The notes under the pieces were generated by a model. The model worked only from the letters and a program-made list of their open reading frames with translations. It had not been told where the DNA came from and searched no databases. Source: Clostridia bacterium (GTDB lineage: Bacteria; Bacillota; Clostridia; Oscillospirales; CAG-272). From it: DNA of 64,000 nucleotides. The position numbers were made by a program, and so were the translations under genes. The stretch lies in assembly GCA_017462615.1 (NCBI GenBank), contig JAFTQT010000046.1:26892-90891 (forward strand), read 5' to 3'. Below, one piece after another: positions 37,401 through 46,504 of the stretch (position 1 is its first letter; every line of letters begins with the position of its first letter).

Positions 37401-38013
37401 CGTTGGTGGCAACCATCGGCAATGCGCACTCTGCCGCCAATTTCGCAAGCAAGGGCAGAATTTGCTTTTGCTCCGGCAGTCCGTGATCCTGCAATTCAAT
37501 GTAAAAATGCTCTTTGCCAAAGATGGCGGAAAGCTCACGGGCAAAATGGCATGCGCCTGAAAAATCACCGCTGAGCAACAGCTGCGGGATCCGACCCGCA
37601 AGGCATCCGGACAGCGCGATCAAACCCTCGGCATGCTTTTGAAGCAGCTCCATATCCACTCTCGGCTTCGAGTAAAAGCCTTCGGTAAAGCCAAGAGAGA
37701 CCATTTTGATCAGATTGCGATAGCCAATTTCGTTTTCGCACAGCAGCACCAGATGCGTCGGGTGCGCGTCCGCGCCGGTCTTTCCAAAGCGGGAGCGCGG
37801 TGCCACATAGACCTCGCACCCAATAATAGGCTTTATCCCCTCCGCAACGCAGGCCTTATAGAACGCTACCGCGCCATACATCACCCCGTGATCAGTGAGC
37901 GCCACCGCAGAATGTCCGCATTCCTTCGCGCGACGCGGAATATCGCTGATGCGGCACGCACCGTCCAGCAAGCTGTATTCACTGTGTAAATGCAGGTGCA
38001 CAAAGTCGGACAT
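34474..38013 (-). CDS. dnaE: DNA polymerase III alpha subunit (DnaE type)
   Basis: PHP start FVHLHLHSEYSLLDGA, PDIDVDF, GLLKFDFLGL. ATG 38013 lies 4 nt after AAGGAGAG. Confidence 0.95.
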   Translation of the reverse strand: MSDFVHLHLHSEYSLLDGACRISDIPRRAKECGHSAVALTDHGVMYGAVAFYKACVAEGIKPIIGCEVYVAPRSRFGKTGADAHPTHLVLLCENEIGYRNLIKMVSLGFTEGFYSKPRVDMELLQKHAEGLIALSGCLAGRIPQLLLSGDFSGACHFARELSAIFGKEHFYIELQDHGLPEQKQILPLLAKLAAECALPMVATNDCHYLRRADAETQAVLMCIQTNSRLADGRPIGFETDEFYYKDTAEMRMLLGAYEGALENTVKIAEKCDFHFDFDKSFLPKFPCPSGISAAAYLRQLSEAGFATRQTAGALDLSRHTAQDYRQRMDYELSVIEGMGYDDYFLIVQDYVNFAKSKQIPVGPGRGSGAGSVVAYFLGITDVDPLSFDLLFERFLNPERVSMPDIDVDFCYNRRDEVIRYVSERYGADHVSQIVTFGTLAARAAIRDVGRALGIPYNEVDAVAKAIPRELGITIADAMKLPDLKNLYQSRPEMRQLIDLSMALEGMPRNVSIHAAGIVITERPLSDYLPLAASNGAVVTQYDMDTVAALGLLKFDFLGLRYLTIVDDAVQAVRKTDPGFDIERIPLDDADTYRLIAKGATAGIFQLESGGMRQVLMNLAPTCFEDIVAAIALYRPGPMESIPTFIENHQHPETVTYRIPALEPILRTTYGCVVYQEQVMQIFRELAGYTFGHADVVRRAMAKKKADVMESERECFLDGCEKNGIDRADASALFDELSAFANYAFNKSHAAAYAVISYRTAYLKEHAPKAYFAALLTSELGNMPKIAEYIAEVGKRGVRVLPPDINESDINFSVSGEHIRFGLLALKNVGRIFLENVVSERSKSGLFRSFDDFLERMAGYDLNKRQVESLIKAGAFDSLGIYRSRLMAAYESMIDQLQSKNRSNLTGQLDMFSEAYAERPSVTYPELPEYGLRELLMQEKDAAGMYFSGHILDGFSKALSEPGISEIKELCRTDEDGDWLHHDRERVTVAGIITALTSKTTKNDERMVFFTLEDRYAEMECIAFPKVLLSLSDSVRTDAVVRVTGTLSVREDEPPKVIVQTCHLLEENDAYRGPQQTKENNVSLKKTAEAEKPKPIATQPPRSGVAPERARIIYLRVPSLEDPIWKKVKTILEIFEGVVPVAVYDNVTSSYHRQEIGFDPTQFTVNELVALLGAENVVLK

Positions 38014-38024
38014 TTTTCTCTCCT

Positions 38025-38888
38025 TCATCTATTTTCACTCGTAGTTTTCAAATTCGCTGCAAATTGTATGATTTTTTGCAGCCGATGATTCAATCCCGAT
38101 TTGGTAATGGGAGGATTATGCATCTTGGCAAGCTCACTCAGCGAAGCATTGGGATTGGCCACACGCAGCGTGGCCGTTTCCTGCAGCTCGGTTGTCAATG
38201 AGTCAAATTTTGCAGCGATACGGATCGTCTCTACCGCCGCGCAAACCTCGGATGCGGCATCCACCGTTTTTCCGATATTTTTCATAACGCAGTTCGTCGC
38301 TCTGTTTTCCGCGTTGCGGATATCGCGCTCTATTTTGGCGTTTATCAAAGCAAACAAAGCATTGTTTGCCCCAAGCAGCGTCAAGATCTCCTCGATCACC
38401 GTGCTGTTTTTGAAATACAGACTCACGCCTCGCGCGGTGGCTCGGCTCTTCCCCTTCCAATTCTCGTCCAGCATCAGCAGCGTATCAGCGAGAAGTGGCA
38501 GGTTTTCCGTATCCGAGAGTCGATACTCCATGTGGTACCCCTTTGTCGGCTCCGTTACGGATCCGCACGAGATCAGAGCACCGCGCAGAAAATGCGCCGC
38601 GCAATGCGGACAAGCAAAGATCGGTGGCGCTTGGGTCAGCTCCTCGTAGAGCGCATCAGAGGCGAATAACACCGTGCTGCCGTCCATCAAAGCCTCTCTC
38701 CGATACATTTCTCGAAACAAACGGGCACATTCCTGCCGGACATCCACCGACGCGATCCGCAGCACGATACCCTTTTTGCTGGTTTGCGCCGCATCCAAAA
38801 ACAGACCGCGCAGATACGCAGCCTTGCAGCATCCGCCGCGTGGTGCGCCCTCGATCAATTCTGCCTTCAAGCGTAGAGAAAAATTCAT
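38025..38888 (-). CDS. whiA: DNA-binding protein WhiA
   Basis: MNFSLRLKAEL...CCKAAYLRGLF start and C-terminal HTH LSELAKMHNPPITKSGLNHRLQKI. Confidence 0.9.
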   Translation of the reverse strand: MNFSLRLKAELIEGAPRGGCCKAAYLRGLFLDAAQTSKKGIVLRIASVDVRQECARLFREMYRREALMDGSTVLFASDALYEELTQAPPIFACPHCAAHFLRGALISCGSVTEPTKGYHMEYRLSDTENLPLLADTLLMLDENWKGKSRATARGVSLYFKNSTVIEEILTLLGANNALFALINAKIERDIRNAENRATNCVMKNIGKTVDAASEVCAAVETIRIAAKFDSLTTELQETATLRVANPNASLSELAKMHNPPITKSGLNHRLQKIIQFAANLKTTSENR

Positions 38889-38890
38889 GG

Positions 38891-39793
38891 TTATGTGATC
38901 TCCTGAAACTCCGGTATTAAATGAATTCCGGTTTTTTCTTCAACGATTTTTTGCACGGCGACGGTCAATTCCTTCACATCCCGCGCTGTCGCTCCCCCCA
39001 GGTTGACGATAAAGCCGGCGTGCTTTTCCGATATGGCAGCCCCACCCCTTCGAAGGCCCTTCAGTCCCAGATCATCCAATAATTTTCCGATAGCAATATC
39101 CGGTGCAGGCCTTCGAAAAGCGCTACCGACACTGGGCATTTCCAGCGGTTGTGAAGACGCTCTTTTTTTAATATTCAGTCGCATTACATCTAAAATTTCG
39201 TCCTTTTTCGTAATCAGCTCAAGCCGAAGGCTTGCACGCAAAACAACTTCATTTCCGGATTGAAATCTGCTGTTACGATAAGAATAATTCAATTCTTTAT
39301 TAAAATACGTTCTGATTTCGCGCCGCAAGGGGTCATAAACCTCTACCCAAGTCACAAGAGACGAAAATTCCTTCCCCAGCGCACCGGCGTTCATATAAAC
39401 AGCCCCGCCAACGCTGCCGGGAATTCCCACCGCAAAGGCAAGATCGGCATATCCGAGCGCCGCCACCTTTCTCGCCAAGCGCGGCAAGCTGCAGCCGCAT
39501 TGAACCAGAGCATATCCTGCCCCGATTTCGGCAGCGTCCAAAAGATCCGTCTTGATCAACAAGGCTTCGATCCGATCATCTCCGAACAAAAGATTGCTCC
39601 CACGTCCGATAATCCTATATGCGTGATCGTGATATGCACAATAGGTCGTAAGCTCCATTAGCTGCTGCAGACAGACGGGGGTTGCAACATCGCATACCCC
39701 ACCGATCCGAAAGGTAGACAGGGTCGCCGCCGACACTCCGGAACGATACGGAATATCCTTTTCTTTCAAAAATTCCTCAACGTGCCCCCGCAT
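38891..39793 (-). CDS. murB: UDP-N-acetylenolpyruvoylglucosamine reductase
   Basis: TFRIGG, IIGRGSNLLF and GSVGGAVYMNAGA motifs. ATG 39793 overlaps the upstream TGA by 1 nt (the track start is the adjacent TTG). Confidence 0.9.
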   Translation of the reverse strand: MRGHVEEFLKEKDIPYRSGVSAATLSTFRIGGVCDVATPVCLQQLMELTTYCAYHDHAYRIIGRGSNLLFGDDRIEALLIKTDLLDAAEIGAGYALVQCGCSLPRLARKVAALGYADLAFAVGIPGSVGGAVYMNAGALGKEFSSLVTWVEVYDPLRREIRTYFNKELNYSYRNSRFQSGNEVVLRASLRLELITKKDEILDVMRLNIKKRASSQPLEMPSVGSAFRRPAPDIAIGKLLDDLGLKGLRRGGAAISEKHAGFIVNLGGATARDVKELTVAVQKIVEEKTGIHLIPEFQEIT

Positions 39794-40482
39794 CAATCAA
39801 GAACCAGAGGAAGAATCTCCTCCAGCCTTTGCACCACGTAGGTGATGGGCATATTTTCCGGCACCGCGCTCCCCTTTGGGTTAAACCAACAGGTATCGAT
39901 ACCGACGTTGATGCCTCCGCGGATATCGGAGGAAAGCGAGTCACCAACGATCAGCGTCTTTTCCGGCAAGAAGGAGGGAATGCGGTTTGCCACCTCGTCA
40001 AAGTACGCCTTGTGCGGCTTTTCAGCCCCCATTTCTTCCGAAATGAAAGCGTCGAGAAACAGCGGCGCCAAAGGTGTTGCGGAAAACCTGCGTTCCTGCA
40101 CGAATTTCAATCCGTTTGTGATAACGTATAGTCTGCAATGCACAGCGAGGCGTCGGCATGTTTCCAAAGCGCCATCCATTAAATAGGCCTTTTGTGACAA
40201 AAAATCCGTATATGAGGATGCCATTTTGCAAACGTCAAGCTGCCAGCCGTAGCACCTGGCAAATTCTTCAAATCTTGCCACGCGCAGCGCTGCCTTTTCG
40301 ATCTCACCGCGCTCCAGCTTTTTCCACATAGCGTCATTGATGGCGCTGTATTTGGCAATCATTTCCTCGTCCGGCACTATCCCCATCAGATGCAGCGTAT
40401 CGATCAAAGCGTCCCGCTCCGATCTCGTAAAATCCAGCAGCGTGTTGTCCGCATCAAAGAGTATGGTTGTGTAACGACTCAT
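39793..40482 (-). CDS. HAD-superfamily hydrolase (YjjG-like)
   Basis: ILFDADNTLLDF (DxDxT) and VGDSLSSDIRGG. I chose ATG 40482 after AAGGGTGAG. Confidence 0.8.
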   Translation of the reverse strand: MSRYTTILFDADNTLLDFTRSERDALIDTLHLMGIVPDEEMIAKYSAINDAMWKKLERGEIEKAALRVARFEEFARCYGWQLDVCKMASSYTDFLSQKAYLMDGALETCRRLAVHCRLYVITNGLKFVQERRFSATPLAPLFLDAFISEEMGAEKPHKAYFDEVANRIPSFLPEKTLIVGDSLSSDIRGGINVGIDTCWFNPKGSAVPENMPITYVVQRLEEILPLVLD

Positions 40483-40572
40483 CTTCTCACCCTTTCTCTC
40501 ACTCTTTTTTATATTATAACGGATTTTGATGAAAAATTCAAGAGAAAACCCCAATATATCCTATCTTTTCTC

Positions 40573-40601
40573 TTGCATTTTCGCATAAAATGTAGTATAA
40601 T
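40573..40601 (+). promoter_or_regulatory. Sigma-A-type promoter candidate
   Basis: TTGCAT (40573-40578), 17 nt, TATAAT (40596-40601). Confidence 0.55.
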
Positions 40602-40636
40602 AATATGTAATAATATTTTGAAGGGAGCATCTCGCC

Positions 40637-41782
40637 TTGAAAAAGCAAGAAATTCGCATTGGTCTCATCGGCTTTGGCGCTATGGGCAAGACCCATACCT
40701 ACGCAGTACAAAATCTGCCGCTTTTTATTTCCGATCTTCCCTTCACCGCTAAAATTACAGGTGTTTGCACCCGCACGTTGGAAAAATCGCAAAGAATCGC
40801 CGACGCCTTCCGGTTCCCCATTGCTACCGACTGCGAGGATGAGCTGATCCGCAACCCCGATATTGACGTCATCGACATCTGTACCCCCAACATCTGCCAC
40901 TACGAAACCGCCCTGAAGGCGCTGGCAGCAGGCAAGCATCTTTATTGCGAAAAGCCGCTTTGTGACAACGCTGCGGATGCCTTAGCATTAGCAGAGCGCG
41001 CCCGTAGCAGCGGCAGAATCTGTACCACCGTTTTCAACAATCGGCATCTTGCCGCCGTCATGCGCACAAAGCAGCTGATCGACGAAGGGCGCATCGGACG
41101 CATTCTTCACTTCGATTTTGCCTACCTGCACAATTCCTGCACCGATCCCGACAAGGCTGCCGGATGGAAGCAGGATGCTACCGTATGCGGAAAGGGCGGC
41201 GTACTTTTCGATCTCGGCTCTCACATCCTGGATCTTGCCGTTTTCCTTTGCGGCAAATTCCGCACCATCCAAGGTAAAGGTCAGATCGCCTTTCCAACGC
41301 GCCGGGGACTCGACGGCAACCCTTGGCAAACCGACGCTCCCGAGGCTTTTTATATGATGGTTGAAACTGCCGCGGGCGCTCACGGAATGCTGACTGCCAG
41401 CAAGCTTACCACCGGTGTCAATGACGACCTGAATTTCGCCATTTACGGTGAGCGGGGTGCCCTCCGCTTTTCTCTCATGGACCCGAATTTCCTTGAATTT
41501 TACGACGCAACGACTCCCGCAGCCCCCATTGGCGGTGAGCGCGGCTTTACGCGCATTGAATGCGTGGGCAGATATCCGGAGCCTGCGGGTGCCTTCCCTT
41601 CTCCCAAAGCGGCCAGCGGGTGGCTCAGAGGGCATCTGATGAGCATGTATCACTTCCTTGATGCCGTTTATACAGGAAAACAAAAAGCGCCCGACTTTAC
41701 CGACGGTGCCTACGTTCAGCATTTGATGGATCTGGCAATGCGCTCCGACGCTGACGGTACCGCAAAGGCGGTTGAGCTATGA
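40637..41782 (+). CDS. Gfo/Idh/MocA family oxidoreductase
   Basis: Rossmann start IRIGLIGFGAMGKTH and the EKP motif (YCEKPL). TTG start 9 nt after AAGGGAG. Confidence 0.85.
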   Translation: MKKQEIRIGLIGFGAMGKTHTYAVQNLPLFISDLPFTAKITGVCTRTLEKSQRIADAFRFPIATDCEDELIRNPDIDVIDICTPNICHYETALKALAAGKHLYCEKPLCDNAADALALAERARSSGRICTTVFNNRHLAAVMRTKQLIDEGRIGRILHFDFAYLHNSCTDPDKAAGWKQDATVCGKGGVLFDLGSHILDLAVFLCGKFRTIQGKGQIAFPTRRGLDGNPWQTDAPEAFYMMVETAAGAHGMLTASKLTTGVNDDLNFAIYGERGALRFSLMDPNFLEFYDATTPAAPIGGERGFTRIECVGRYPEPAGAFPSPKAASGWLRGHLMSMYHFLDAVYTGKQKAPDFTDGAYVQHLMDLAMRSDADGTAKAVEL

Positions 41783-42393
41783 AGATTATCGGATTGACCG
41801 GTCCAAGCGGCGCGGGAAAAGGAGAAGCCTCCCGCATCTTTGCCCAATACGGCATCCCCGCCGTTGATACCGATGCTGTTTACCATGCAATTCTTTCCAA
41901 TTCCCAACATCCCTGCACAGCAGAGCTCTCTGCAGCCTTTGGAGCTTCGATCCTTGATGCTGAGGGGCTTGTTGACCGCAAAATTCTGTCGAAAACGGTT
42001 TTTGGCAAACAAAATACCCCCGCGCTGCTGCATACCTTGAACACCATCACCCATAAATATATTATGGCAGAAACCCGGACAGTGCTGCAAAGGTACGAAA
42101 AGAACGGTGCGCGAGCCGCACTGATCGACGCGCCACAGCTTTTTGAGGCACACGCGGATCGCGAATGCGATCTCGTTGTTGCGGTCCTTGCACCGCAAGA
42201 GCTGCGTCTTGCGCGAATTGTCACAAGAGACGGCATTACAGAAGAAGCAGCCACACGCCGCATCGATGCCCAGCATGACGATGCGTTCTTCAAGGAGCGC
42301 TGCGATGCCGTTTTGATAAACGACGGTAACACAGCTTCTCTTGCGGAGCAGATTCGGGCATTTCTGATCAAATATAACGTGGGGTTATCGTGA
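41779..42393 (+). CDS. coaE: Dephospho-CoA kinase
   Basis: IIGLTGPSGAGKGE P-loop, about 200 aa, ATGA overlap with the upstream stop. Confidence 0.9.
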   Translation: MKIIGLTGPSGAGKGEASRIFAQYGIPAVDTDAVYHAILSNSQHPCTAELSAAFGASILDAEGLVDRKILSKTVFGKQNTPALLHTLNTITHKYIMAETRTVLQRYEKNGARAALIDAPQLFEAHADRECDLVVAVLAPQELRLARIVTRDGITEEAATRRIDAQHDDAFFKERCDAVLINDGNTASLAEQIRAFLIKYNVGLS

Positions 42394-42956
42394 CGAAAGC
42401 AACAAAAGCTCTGGCGCTTGCCCTCATCGCAGCGCTTTGCCTATCCCTTCTCTCTATTCTGGCAGTCGATGCACTGAATGCTGCGTTGCGACACCGTCGT
42501 GAGCAGCTTTACTATCATCAGGTTTTGCTGGCTGCCGCCGAATTTGACGTTCCCGCTCCCTTGATTTTAGCCGTCATCCGCACGGAAAGCGATTTTCGCC
42601 CACGCGCGATGTCCTCCGCCGGTGCCATAGGCTTGATGCAGCTGCTACCGGATACGTTTACCGATGTCGGTGAGCGCTTGCTGCAAGAGTCATCCGACGA
42701 TATCCAAATCTACACGCCCTCCGTCAATATCCGTTACGGAACCTGTTACCTTTCCTACCTGTATCGCCAATTTGGTGATTGGGAAACGGCCTTGGCCGCC
42801 TATAATGCTGGTGAAGGCCGCGTACGCACCTGGCTTGCAGACAAAACGCTCTCCCCAGAGGGTGATCTGCTAACCATCCCCTACCCGGAAACTGCCCGGT
42901 ATGTGCAGAGTGTGTTGCACGCCCTTGCGTATTACCGCGACAAATATAATTTTTAG
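42390..42956 (+). CDS. Lytic transglycosylase (SLT domain), membrane anchored
   Basis: AVIRTESDFRPRAMSSAGAIGLMQL...AYNAGEG. GTGA overlap with the coaE stop. Confidence 0.85.
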   Translation: MTKATKALALALIAALCLSLLSILAVDALNAALRHRREQLYYHQVLLAAAEFDVPAPLILAVIRTESDFRPRAMSSAGAIGLMQLLPDTFTDVGERLLQESSDDIQIYTPSVNIRYGTCYLSYLYRQFGDWETALAAYNAGEGRVRTWLADKTLSPEGDLLTIPYPETARYVQSVLHALAYYRDKYNF

Positions 42957-42966
42957 GAGTATAAAA

Positions 42967-44358
42967 ATGAGCACTGCAAAAGAACTGAGTGAAAAGCTGT
43001 TTTACCGCAAAAAGAGCGTTTACGCCGCTGCCGGCGAGGAAGTCGTCCAGGGCGCTTATGAGTACGCCAAGGGCTACGCCCAATATCTCGACGCCGCTAA
43101 AACCGAGCGTGAGGCTGTTGCCGAATCCATTCGTCTTGCCGAGGCCAAGGGCTTTTCCGCTTACAAAATGGGCGATCCCATGGTAAAGGGCGGCAAGTAT
43201 TACTATAACAATCGTGACAAAAATCTTTTTCTCTTCACCATTGGCTCCGATCCCGTGGAAAACGGCATCCGCATCTGCGCGGCGCACATCGATTCCCCCC
43301 GCATCGATCTGAAGCAATGCCCTCTTTACGAGGATGGTGGCATGAGCTTCTTCAAGACCCACTACTACGGCGGTATTCTGAAGTATCAATGGATGGCCAC
43401 TCCCCTTGCGTTGCACGGTGTCATCGTCAAAAAGGACGGTACTCGTATTAACGTCACAGTGGGCGAGGATGATTCCGATCCTGTATTTTATATCAACGAT
43501 CTGTTGCCTCACCTTGGTCACGACCAGGCCAGAAAGCCCCTGGGCGAGGCAATTCCCGGCGAGAAGCTGAACGTGCTGATCGGCAGCCGTCCCTTTGATA
43601 CCGAGTGCGATTCCGACGCCATTAAGCTGAACACGATGGTACTGCTCAACGAAAAATACGGTATCACCGAGGACGATTTCCTTTCCTCCGAGCTGTGTGT
43701 GGTTCCTGCCTTCAAGGCTCGTGATATCGGCTTTGACCGCTCTCTTATCGGCGCATACGGTCACGATGACCGCGTTTGCGCTTACCCCGCCCTTTCCGCT
43801 ATTCTGGAGGCCGAGGCTCCCAAGAACACGCTGATGTGCATCCTTGCCGACAAGGAAGAAACCGGCAGCGACGGCAATACGGGCATGAAGAGTGATCTGA
43901 TGCTGGATCTCATCAACGAGATCGCGCGCGCCATGGATGCCAATCCCGGTATCGTGCGTGCCAACTCCAAGTGCCTGTCCGCCGATGTTTCCGCTTCCTT
44001 TGACCCCAACTTCCCCGACGTATTTGAGAAGCGCAATACCCCCCTGCTGTCCGCCGGTGTGGTGCTGACCAAGTTTACCGGCGCGAGAGGCAAATCCGGC
44101 ACCAATGATGCAAGCGCCGAGTATATCGGCTGGCTGCGCGGCGTCATGGAGAATGCCGGTGTAGTATGGCAGGCCGGTGAGCTTGGCAAGGTCGATTGCG
44201 GCGGTGGAGGCACCGTGGCCAAGTTCATTGCAGAGCACAACATCGAAACCGTTGATCTGGGTGTTCCGGTTATTTCCATGCACGCTCCCTACGAGGTCAT
44301 TGCCAAGGTTGACCTCTATGAGGCATACCGCGCATTCCGCGCCTTTTGCCACGCTTAA
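42967..44358 (+). CDS. M18-family aminopeptidase
   Basis: AAHIDSPRIDLK, YGHDDRVC and ADKEETGS are M18 signatures. ATG 42967 follows AGGAG. Confidence 0.85.
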   Translation: MSTAKELSEKLFYRKKSVYAAAGEEVVQGAYEYAKGYAQYLDAAKTEREAVAESIRLAEAKGFSAYKMGDPMVKGGKYYYNNRDKNLFLFTIGSDPVENGIRICAAHIDSPRIDLKQCPLYEDGGMSFFKTHYYGGILKYQWMATPLALHGVIVKKDGTRINVTVGEDDSDPVFYINDLLPHLGHDQARKPLGEAIPGEKLNVLIGSRPFDTECDSDAIKLNTMVLLNEKYGITEDDFLSSELCVVPAFKARDIGFDRSLIGAYGHDDRVCAYPALSAILEAEAPKNTLMCILADKEETGSDGNTGMKSDLMLDLINEIARAMDANPGIVRANSKCLSADVSASFDPNFPDVFEKRNTPLLSAGVVLTKFTGARGKSGTNDASAEYIGWLRGVMENAGVVWQAGELGKVDCGGGGTVAKFIAEHNIETVDLGVPVISMHAPYEVIAKVDLYEAYRAFRAFCHA

Positions 44359-45425
44359 TGCTCGATAAATTAAAATCTATCGAAGCACGCTTCAGAGAGC
44401 TGGAAATCAAAAGCAACGACCCCGTGGTCTGCGCTGATAGTAAGGCTTACAGCGCCTTGATGAAGGAATATCGTCAGCTCTCTCCCGTAGCCGAAAAGTA
44501 CAGAGAGTGGCTTCGTGTAAAAGAAGCGTCCGCCGAAGCAAAATTGTTGGCTGATACCGCAGAAGAGCTTGAGCTACGTGAGCTGGCCGAGTCTGAATGG
44601 AAGGATTGCGAGGAGAAGCTGAAGGAGCTGGAGGCGGAATTGAAGCTTTTACTGCTGCCTCGTGATCCCAACGATAACCGCAACGTGATTGTGGAGATCC
44701 GTGCGGGTGCCGGAGGCGAAGAGGCTGCTCTATTTGCCGCCGTGCTTTACCGGATGTACAGCATGTATGCCGCCTCTGCCGGTTTTCGCGTTTCACCCCT
44801 TTCCGCCAACGAAACCGAGCTTGGCGGCTTTAAGGAGATCGTTTTTAACGTTGAGGGCGACGGTGCCTATTCCCGCTTTAAGTTTGAATCGGGTGTTCAC
44901 CGCGTGCAACGTGTTCCTGTTACAGAATCACAAGGGCGCATCCAGACCTCTACTGTGACCGTGGCCGTCCTGCCGGAGGCGGAGGAGGTAGAGGTGGAGA
45001 TCAATCCCGCCGATATTATCATGGAATCCTGCAAGAGCAGCGGTGCAGGCGGTCAGCACATCAACAAGACGGAATCTGCCGTACGTCTCACCCACAAGCC
45101 CACCGGCATCGTGGTGGAGTGTCAGGAGGAGCGCAGCCAATTCAAAAACCGCGACAAGGCCATGCGCATGCTTCGCACTCGCCTTCTGGATATACAGCTT
45201 ACTGCCCAGCAAAACGAGATTGCAAGTGCTCGTCGTATGCAGGTGGGCACTGGTGACAGAAGCGAGCGCATCCGCACCTATAATTACCCGCAAGGGCGCT
45301 TGACCGATCACCGCATCGGTCTGACGCTCTACACGTTGGACCGCATTCTGGACGGTGCTATTGGCGATCTGATAGACGCGCTGATCACCGCCGATACGGC
45401 AAAGAAAATGCAAAGCGAAGAATAA
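44358..45425 (+). CDS. prfA: Peptide chain release factor 1
   Basis: RVPVTESQGRIQTS (RF1-type tripeptide region) and GAGGQHINKTESAVRLTH (GGQ). TAATG overlap with the upstream stop. Confidence 0.92.
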   Translation: MLDKLKSIEARFRELEIKSNDPVVCADSKAYSALMKEYRQLSPVAEKYREWLRVKEASAEAKLLADTAEELELRELAESEWKDCEEKLKELEAELKLLLLPRDPNDNRNVIVEIRAGAGGEEAALFAAVLYRMYSMYAASAGFRVSPLSANETELGGFKEIVFNVEGDGAYSRFKFESGVHRVQRVPVTESQGRIQTSTVTVAVLPEAEEVEVEINPADIIMESCKSSGAGGQHINKTESAVRLTHKPTGIVVECQEERSQFKNRDKAMRMLRTRLLDIQLTAQQNEIASARRMQVGTGDRSERIRTYNYPQGRLTDHRIGLTLYTLDRILDGAIGDLIDALITADTAKKMQSEE

Positions 45426-45437
45426 GGAGTTTATTCC

Positions 45438-46478
45438 TTGAAAACCGAAATTTTAACCATTTCTCCCCTTGCGATAGATGAATCGGCCATAGAGAAGGCT
45501 GCCGACATCATCCGTGGCGGCGGGTTGGTGGTTTTTCCCACCGAAACCGTCTACGGTATCGGCGGAGACGCTACCAACGCCGACGCAGCAAGGGCCATTT
45601 ACGAGGCCAAGGGGCGCCCGTCCGATAATCCTCTGATCATACATATCGCAAAGCCGGAGGATGCGGAGGCATACGCGCAAACCAGCCCCACCTACTATCA
45701 GCTGGCTAAGCAATTTATGCCGGGGCCCTTGACGGTGATCCTTCCAAAGAAAAACACGATACCGTCCTCGGTAACGGGGGGCCTTGATACCGTTGCCGTC
45801 CGCTGCCCCGCACATCCGATTGCTCGCGCTTTGATTGAAAAAGCCGGCGTACCCATTGCAGCCCCTTCCGCCAATCGATCCGGCAAGCCCTCCCCTACCC
45901 TTACCTCCCACGTCATTGAGGATCTCAACGGGCGCGTGAATATGATTATTGACGGCGGCCCCTCGGAGGTGGGGCTGGAATCTACCATTGTGACTTTGAA
46001 CGGTGACGAGGGCACCCTGCTCCGTCCCGGCGCCATCACCTATGATGCACTCTGCTGCGTACTCTCCAAGGTCACTACCGCCCCTGCCGTGACGGCGCAG
46101 CTTGCCGAAAACGAGCGTGTTCTTTCCCCGGGAATGAAATACCGGCATTACGCGCCCAGCGCCCCCTTGATCCTTTTGGACGGAACAAAGGAAAACGTTA
46201 GTGCCTTCATGCAGCAGGTAGCATCGGATCCTACTGTGGGTCTGCTTTGCTATGACGAGGAGCTGCCACTGTTAAGAGGCAAGGCTACGCTTCTGCCTAT
46301 CGGGAAAGAAAACGATCTGGAGACCCAGGCCAAACGACTGTTTGCTACCCTGCGCGAAGCAGACAGCCACCCGGATATTGATACCCTCTATGCGCCCCTC
46401 CCGCCCCGCGAAGGGCTTGGCTTGGCGCTTTATAATCGCTGCATCCGCGCAGCAGCTCATACGATCAAGAAAGTCTAA
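45438..46478 (+). CDS. L-threonylcarbamoyladenylate synthase (Sua5/YwlC long form)
   Basis: VVFPTETVYGIGGDA, KGRPSDNPLIIHI and SANRSGKPSP. TTG start 8 nt after AAGGAG. Confidence 0.9.
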   Translation: MKTEILTISPLAIDESAIEKAADIIRGGGLVVFPTETVYGIGGDATNADAARAIYEAKGRPSDNPLIIHIAKPEDAEAYAQTSPTYYQLAKQFMPGPLTVILPKKNTIPSSVTGGLDTVAVRCPAHPIARALIEKAGVPIAAPSANRSGKPSPTLTSHVIEDLNGRVNMIIDGGPSEVGLESTIVTLNGDEGTLLRPGAITYDALCCVLSKVTTAPAVTAQLAENERVLSPGMKYRHYAPSAPLILLDGTKENVSAFMQQVASDPTVGLLCYDEELPLLRGKATLLPIGKENDLETQAKRLFATLREADSHPDIDTLYAPLPPREGLGLALYNRCIRAAAHTIKKV

Positions 46479-46504
46479 AACCGAAAGGAAGGCTCGAAAA
46501 CGAG

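Noticed and set aside
44340-44420. A programmed +1 frameshift of the kind seen in release-factor genes.
   Set aside because: The gene is RF1-type (PVT region, no internal in-frame UGA or SD-like CUU UGA site at the 5' end). The frameshift is a feature of prfB, not prfA.
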